A stretch of 64,000 nucleotides of DNA from Flavobacterium sp. (GTDB lineage Bacteria; Bacteroidota; Bacteroidia; Flavobacteriales; Flavobacteriaceae). Positions within the stretch are counted from its first letter, which is position 1, and each line of letters starts with the position of its first letter. Below are positions 58,660 through 64,000 of the stretch, one piece after another. The stretch covers positions 3,069 to 67,068 of the forward strand of contig JAYVZG010000038.1 of NCBI GenBank assembly GCA_043783565.1. Reading direction: 5' to 3'. The position numbers were made by a program, and so were the translations under genes. The notes below the pieces were generated by a model. It saw only the letters and a list, made by a program, of their open reading frames with translations. It did not search any database and was not told where the DNA came from.

Positions 58660-59442
58660 TTAATTCCCTTTAAACTCCGCTTTCCTTTTCTCCAAAAACG
58701 CAGTTGTTCCTTCTTTAAAATCTTCTGTTCCAAAGCATTTTCCAAACGATTTAATTTCAGTTTCAAAACCGTTAACGCCGTCTTTAAAATTGGCATTCAC
58801 CGCTTTAATTGCTTGACTAATGGCAACAGGAGAATTTTTTAAAATACGTTCCGCGATTCCATTACAAAAAGCTAATAATTCTGCTTGAGGCACAACATGA
58901 TTAACTAATCCAACTCGATAAGCATCCTCTGCAGTTATCATTCCAGCCGTCATAATCATTTCCATAGCACGGCCTTTACCGACTAATTGTGGTAGTCTTT
59001 GCGTCCCGCCATAACCAGGAATCACACCTAAAGAAACTTCGGGCAATCCCATTTTGGCATTGTCGGAAGCCACTCTAAAATGACAAGACATCGCTAATTC
59101 TAATCCGCCACCTAAAGCAAAACCATTGATAGCTGCTATTACTGGTGTTCGTAATTTTTCTACAAAATCAAACAACAATTCTTGACCTTGTGCTGCCAAT
59201 TGTGCGCCTTCTTCGACAGAGAAATGAGCAAATTCAGCAATATCAGCGCCAGCAACAAAAGCCTTTTCTCCTGTTCCTGTTAGAATGATTACTCGAATAG
59301 AAGCGTCCAATTCTAACGTATTAAAAGCATGATGCAATTCTTGAATAGTTGCTACATTTAAAGCATTGAGTTTTGTGGGGCGATTGATAGTAATGGTTGC
59401 AATAAAACTGTCATTGGCAACGAGAATATTTTCATAGTTCAT
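58660..59442 (-). CDS. Enoyl-CoA hydratase/isomerase
   Basis: AFVAGADI, GFALGGGLE, PEV.LG..PG.GG. Confidence 0.92.
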   Translation of the reverse strand: MNYENILVANDSFIATITINRPTKLNALNVATIQELHHAFNTLELDASIRVIILTGTGEKAFVAGADIAEFAHFSVEEGAQLAAQGQELLFDFVEKLRTPVIAAINGFALGGGLELAMSCHFRVASDNAKMGLPEVSLGVIPGYGGTQRLPQLVGKGRAMEMIMTAGMITAEDAYRVGLVNHVVPQAELLAFCNGIAERILKNSPVAISQAIKAVNANFKDGVNGFETEIKSFGKCFGTEDFKEGTTAFLEKRKAEFKGN

Positions 59443-59445
59443 AAT

Positions 59446-60918
59446 TTATGAGTGTATTAGTGGAAGCGCTACCATAAATGTAGTGCCTTTTCCATGTTCC
59501 GATTCAAATGTAATTGTTCCTTTATAATTTTCAATAATATTTTTAATAATTCCTAAACCCAATCCCATACCACTGTTTTTGGTGGTGAATTTCGGCTCGA
59601 AAATTTTATCAATAAATTGATCTTCGATGCCTATTCCGTTATCTTTTACCAAAATAATCACTTCATTAGGATGCCTTCTTACGGATACTAAAACCGATTT
59701 GTATTCTTGATTTTCTGGAATAGATTGAATGGCATTTTTTACCAAATTAGTAATAATTCGAATCAATTGGGTACGATCCATTTTGGAAATAATTTCGCTT
59801 TCGTCACTTTCAAAAACAAGATAATCTTCATTGAATATATCTAACGCCAACTCAACTACTTCAACTACATTTAAAGTCTCGTTCTGTTGCGCAGGCATCG
59901 AAGCAAAATTCGAAAAGGCCGAAGCTACGGCACTCATCGTATCTATTTGTTGAATTAAAGTTTCAGAGTAATCTTTAATTTTTTGTTTCAATTCCGGATC
60001 GTTCGCATCAAACTTACGTTGAAAACTTTGAACGGTTAATCGCATTGGGGTTAAAGGGTTTTTGATTTCATGTGCCACTTGTTTTGCCATTTCTCGCCAA
60101 GCTTCTTCTCGTTCGCTTTGGGCTAATTTTAAAGCACTTTTTTCGAGTTCATCGACCATTCCGTTATAAGCCTTGATAAGTAAATTGATTTCTTTACTAT
60201 TGGCTTCTAAAACAATTTTCTCGTTTTTCTGATTCAAACTGGTTTCCCTTAATTTGTCGGAAATGGTTTTAAGAGATTGTGTGATATAAGAAGATAAAAA
60301 ATACGCCAAAGCAAAGGCAATCAATAACATGAAAGCATAGACTTGACCTAAACGAATTAAGAAACTTTGCAATTCTTTTTCATAAAAACCATCGTCTTCT
60401 ACATACGGTAAGTTGAGAATACCAAGTGGTTTGAATTTCTCATCTTTAATCTGACTGAAGGAGGATCGGTTTTTGACGCCGTCAATATTCTTGATGTCAA
60501 CGTATCTTTTTTCGATAGAAGATTGCACCAATTTTAAAATGTATTTCGGAATTGGAGGTGAAACACTATCAATTGAGAAAGAAGCTTTAGAGGATTTGAG
60601 TAACTTTCCGTTTAAATTATAGATGTTAATTTCGAGGTTGTGAATTTGTGCTAATTCATGAATTTTATCTTTAAAAATCAAGCCTAAATTCCTTGAAGTC
60701 AATGGATAAGTTGTAGTCGAGAGTACATAGTTAATATGTTCTTTAATCGCAGTTTCTTTACGTTCTAAACGTTCTTGATGATAATCTTTGGCTTCGTTTT
60801 TAAACTGAATAATCGAAATCGAAGCCATCAATATGGAGGCAATCAAAATCAATACAATCATCGAAAGGAAAATCCTAATTCGTAAGGAAAGCATCGACAT
60901 TTTGAATTTTGCAGCCAT
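59446..60918 (-). CDS. Membrane sensor histidine kinase (NtrY-like)
   Basis: Two TM segments, HAMP, AHEIKNPLTP, NLVKNA, DNGIG, GMGLGL. Confidence 0.92.
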   Translation of the reverse strand: MAAKFKMSMLSLRIRIFLSMIVLILIASILMASISIIQFKNEAKDYHQERLERKETAIKEHINYVLSTTTYPLTSRNLGLIFKDKIHELAQIHNLEINIYNLNGKLLKSSKASFSIDSVSPPIPKYILKLVQSSIEKRYVDIKNIDGVKNRSSFSQIKDEKFKPLGILNLPYVEDDGFYEKELQSFLIRLGQVYAFMLLIAFALAYFLSSYITQSLKTISDKLRETSLNQKNEKIVLEANSKEINLLIKAYNGMVDELEKSALKLAQSEREEAWREMAKQVAHEIKNPLTPMRLTVQSFQRKFDANDPELKQKIKDYSETLIQQIDTMSAVASAFSNFASMPAQQNETLNVVEVVELALDIFNEDYLVFESDESEIISKMDRTQLIRIITNLVKNAIQSIPENQEYKSVLVSVRRHPNEVIILVKDNGIGIEDQFIDKIFEPKFTTKNSGMGLGLGIIKNIIENYKGTITFESEHGKGTTFMVALPLIHS

Positions 60919-60920
60919 TT

Positions 60921-61475
60921 CTAGGATTGATTACGTTCTCGAATTTTTTTGTAAAATTTAAAACCAAGCATTATCAAAACCGAGAATAAAACAATTCCAA
61001 CAACGCCGTAAATCCAATTCACAGCGTTTTTGAGAATGACCAGAAAGACAACCGCAAATAAGATAATGGTCGCGCCTTCATTCCACAAACGCATAAAGTT
61101 GGAAGTGTGTTTTACTTCATCTTGTTGCAATTCCTTGTAAATCAAGTGACATTTCCAATGATACAAATACAACAAAAAGACAAATCCCAATTTGACGTGC
61201 ATCCACGGCATGTGCAACCAAGCGGCTCCTAAATCGGTAAAAAACAACATCCAATACGCAAATATACTGGCTAAAATTGAGGAGGGCCACGTAATGATAT
61301 ACCACAATCGGTACGTCATGATTTTGTATTGCTTTTGTAGAATTTCCTTTTCAGGCGACGGCTTTTCAGCGGCTTCAATTTGATACACAAACAATCGAAC
61401 AATATAAAACAATCCCGCAAACCAAGTAATAACGAAGATGAGATGCAATGATTTGAGGTAATTGTAAAATTCCAT
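60921..61475 (-). CDS. hemJ: Protoporphyrinogen IX oxidase HemJ
   Basis: K.LH...VI.WFAGLFY..RL, W.HVKL, R.WNE; adjacent to hemH. Confidence 0.88.
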   Translation of the reverse strand: MEFYNYLKSLHLIFVITWFAGLFYIVRLFVYQIEAAEKPSPEKEILQKQYKIMTYRLWYIITWPSSILASIFAYWMLFFTDLGAAWLHMPWMHVKLGFVFLLYLYHWKCHLIYKELQQDEVKHTSNFMRLWNEGATIILFAVVFLVILKNAVNWIYGVVGIVLFSVLIMLGFKFYKKIRERNQS

Positions 61476-61480
61476 GTTGT

Positions 61481-62497
61481 TTATTTAGAGGTCCAATCTT
61501 TTATCCATTGACTTACTGTTGCGCACCATTCATCTCCATCATCCATACAGGGAATCGCCATAAATTCTTCGCCACCGTGTACCTTAAATTCATGGTTGGC
61601 TTCCATCGCAATTTCTTCCAAAGTTTCTAAGCAATCTGAGACGAAAGCTGGCGTAACCACTGCTAATTTTTTGATTCCTTTTTCGGGCATTTTATTTACT
61701 TCAACATCGGTATAAGGGGTTAACCATTTGTCGCCTGCCAATCGCGATTGAAAAGTTTGACTGTATTTTCCTTCTGGAATTCCAAGATATTCCACAACTT
61801 GTCTGGTCGTTTCATAACATTGATGACGATAACAGAATTCGTGCGCAGGCGATGGCGTTACACAACAAGAGCCATCGATTTTGCAATGCGATTTGGTGAT
61901 GTCTGTCTTGCGAATATGACGCTTTGGAATGCCATGATACGAAAACAATAAATGGTCGTATTCAAAAGTGTCCAAGTGTTTCTTAATTGAATTAGCTAAT
62001 GCTTTGATGTATCCTGGTTTATTATAAAATGCAGGAACTATGGTAAATTTCATCTCCGGAAAATGCTTTTGACGCAATTCCTCTGCTAAAACCAAAATAG
62101 TGGTCGTAGAGGCCATGGCGTGCTGCGGATATAAAGGAAAAAGTATTACTTCGGTAACACCCTTGTCTTTTAATTCTTGTAAGCCTTTTAGGATCGAAAT
62201 CGTACCATAACGCATCGCTAAGGCCACAGGAACATCAACTTGAGCTTGTACTTTCTTGGTCATTCTTTGAGAAATCACCACTAATGGCGATCCTTCATCC
62301 CACCAAATTTTTGCGTAAGCCGCCGCAGATTTCTTCGGACGCGTTTGAAGAATGATGCCACGAACTAATAAAGCGCGCAGCAAAAACGGAACATCGATGA
62401 CAAATCGATCCATTAAAAATTCATCTAAATAGGGCTTAACATCTTTTGGTGTTGGACTTTCAGGCGAACCTAAATTGACTAATAAAACTCCTTTCAT
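61481..62497 (-). CDS. hemH: Ferrochelatase
   Basis: NLGSP, PLYPQ, FSYHG.P, FQSR, W..P, F.SDCLETLEE. Confidence 0.97.
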   Translation of the reverse strand: MKGVLLVNLGSPESPTPKDVKPYLDEFLMDRFVIDVPFLLRALLVRGIILQTRPKKSAAAYAKIWWDEGSPLVVISQRMTKKVQAQVDVPVALAMRYGTISILKGLQELKDKGVTEVILFPLYPQHAMASTTTILVLAEELRQKHFPEMKFTIVPAFYNKPGYIKALANSIKKHLDTFEYDHLLFSYHGIPKRHIRKTDITKSHCKIDGSCCVTPSPAHEFCYRHQCYETTRQVVEYLGIPEGKYSQTFQSRLAGDKWLTPYTDVEVNKMPEKGIKKLAVVTPAFVSDCLETLEEIAMEANHEFKVHGGEEFMAIPCMDDGDEWCATVSQWIKDWTSK

Positions 62498-62536
62498 GGT
62501 ATAATTTTCAATTGCTAAATGTACTAAACTTCTTTA

Positions 62537-63409
62537 TTACGTATTGGGGTTTAACGCCATTAAATATTTTTTTGGCGTTGTGGCAAATTTCTTTTTGAAA
62601 GCTGCGATAAAGTGACTGCCGGTGCTGTAGCCGATTTTTAATCCAACTTCATTGACATTATAGGAACCGCTATCCAATAACCGGCGCGCCATATCCATTT
62701 TGTAGTCGAACAAAAAGCCATAGACCGTGTCGCCATAAATTTGCTTGAAACCCATTTTTAGTTTCTTTAAATTCAAACCAACTTGTTCTGAAAGCTCTTG
62801 CAAACCAGGAGGTTCCGCCATATTCGCTATAACGATGTCTTTCGCTTTTCTGATTTTCATCACATTTTCTTCGTCAATCAAAAACGGACATTGCTCGGCA
62901 TTCGGGTCTTCCGTTTTGTTAAAATATAAACTCAGTAATTCGTAGCCTTTACCTTTGTAGTATAAATTCTTAATGGAAGGATGTAAATTGTAATGAAACA
63001 GTTGACTTAAAACAATCGCCATCGATGGACTGATATCACTTTCGCCATAGTATTTTTTATCCTTATTTTCAGCACTTAAAAACGGAATGTAATTGGCTTC
63101 GGTAGAAAATAAGGCGTGGAATTTTTTGATCGAAATAATTACGGAAATGACCCAAGACTGCGGTGCTAGTTCTAAATGTAATGGCAGCTCTTTCTGAGGG
63201 TTGTAAAGTAACAAGGCTTTCTCTTCTTTTAAATCTAAAGCGTACGTTCCTTGATTAAAAACAAACTTGGCTTTGCCTTTAATTCCAAAGTGAAACTGGA
63301 TCAATCCTTGACGAATTTGCCGCTCGGCTTTAAATATTTCAGTATCATCGTTTTGAAAACGAATTAGGGTAAAATCTTCTTCAATTGTTATAACTTCCTG
63401 AGAACCCAT
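62537..63409 (-). CDS. AraC-family transcriptional regulator
   Basis: C-terminal double HTH (LK.GFK..YG..., V.EV...GYS..SHF..AFKK.F...P); CPF motif before the HTH. Confidence 0.92.
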   Translation of the reverse strand: MGSQEVITIEEDFTLIRFQNDDTEIFKAERQIRQGLIQFHFGIKGKAKFVFNQGTYALDLKEEKALLLYNPQKELPLHLELAPQSWVISVIISIKKFHALFSTEANYIPFLSAENKDKKYYGESDISPSMAIVLSQLFHYNLHPSIKNLYYKGKGYELLSLYFNKTEDPNAEQCPFLIDEENVMKIRKAKDIVIANMAEPPGLQELSEQVGLNLKKLKMGFKQIYGDTVYGFLFDYKMDMARRLLDSGSYNVNEVGLKIGYSTGSHFIAAFKKKFATTPKKYLMALNPNT

Positions 63410-63451
63410 AGCGATATTTTTTTGTAATTATTTTTTAAATTAAGCCGATCT

Positions 63452-63474
63452 TTATTTAGAATAATTCTACATAA
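63452..63474. promoter_or_regulatory. 23-bp palindromic operator, probable iron-responsive (Fur-like) box
   Basis: TTATTTAGAAT-A-ATTCTACATAA, one mismatch from a perfect palindrome; resembles the motif I recall upstream of Flavobacteria iron genes. Confidence 0.65.
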
Positions 63475-63501
63475 ATAAATTTAAAAGGCTTGATTCTAAA
63501 G

Positions 63502-63509
63502 CAAATTTA
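63502..63509 (-). promoter_or_regulatory. -7 box of the AraC gene promoter
   Basis: CAAATTTA reads TAAATTTG on the minus strand. Confidence 0.55.
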
Positions 63510-63554
63510 AAATAAATAACGATGTAAAGTTGATTTTAATTTAAAATATCTCAT

Positions 63555-63587
63555 AGCGATACATTTAGTCCTTACAGCGTTACTTTT
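63555..63587 (+). promoter_or_regulatory. Direct repeats 21 bp apart, candidate AraC operator at the hemA promoter
   Basis: AGCGATACATTT (63555) and AGCGTTACTTTT (63576); -7 box TAATTTTG at 63604-63611. Confidence 0.55.
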
Positions 63588-63637
63588 ATCAATAGTATAA
63601 TGATAATTTTGTTGAACTTTTTGGAGAAGTCTATTTT

Positions 63638-64000
63638 ATGGAAAACTACATTGCCCAAAAGCATCACTATTTTTACGCCGTTGGCTTAAGCTATAAAAAA
63701 GCGGATGCCGAAATGAGAGGTGAATTTAGTTTAGATGCTGTTGCAAAAATAAAAGTATTGGAACAAGCAAAACGAGAAGGCATAGAGAGTTTAATAGTTA
63801 CTTCCACCTGCAACAGAACGGAAATTTATGGTTTTGCAGAACATCCTTTTCAACTCATCAAATTAATTTGTGAAAACAGTCATGGGACTGTTGAAGCTTT
63901 CCAAAAAGTTGGTTTTGTATATAAAAATCATGAAGCTGTTAATCATATGTTCCGTGTCGGAACAGGTTTAGACAGTCAAATCTTAGGAGATTTTGAAATT
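63638..64000 (+). CDS. hemA: Glutamyl-tRNA reductase (5' part; runs off the window edge)
   Basis: Manual translation gives ...VGLSYKKAD...STCNRTEIY...HMFRVGTGLDSQILGDFEI. Confidence 0.95.
   Translation, partial: MENYIAQKHHYFYAVGLSYKKADAEMRGEFSLDAVAKIKVLEQAKREGIESLIVTSTCNRTEIYGFAEHPFQLIKLICENSHGTVEAFQKVGFVYKNHEAVNHMFRVGTGLDSQILGDFEI

Overview
AT-rich chromosomal window from a Bacteroidota (Flavobacterium-like) genome. The assignment rests on TAnnTTTG -7 promoter boxes, no obvious Shine-Dalgarno sites, T9SS C-terminal domains, sprE, and an atp operon lacking beta/epsilon. From left to right: two tandem T9SS-type CotH-kinase paralogs; a lipid-linked glycosylation module (methyltransferase, epimerase, GtrB-like GT2, GT-C); a Wzx/Wzy polysaccharide locus ending in a convergent CapK-like ligase; purD/upp/GT9; a T9SS deiminase; sprE-bactofilin-atp genes; the dut-to-envC operon; dprA, trpS and recA; lipid genes; and a heme cluster (hemJ, hemH, AraC regulator, divergent hemA). 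I see no rRNA, tRNA, CRISPR array, IS element or prophage. Best leads: (1) a candidate iron/heme-responsive AraC circuit controlling heme synthesis (CP motif, 23-bp palindrome, direct repeats 21 bp apart at the hemA promoter); (2) three copies of a covarying structured RNA (probably Flavo-1), one nested inside an octamer-repeat inverted repeat; (3) several intergenic hairpins built from 7-9-nt repeats; (4) a GT-C with a CBM60-like tail beside secreted CotH kinases. Family calls come from motif recognition by eye; no database search was run.
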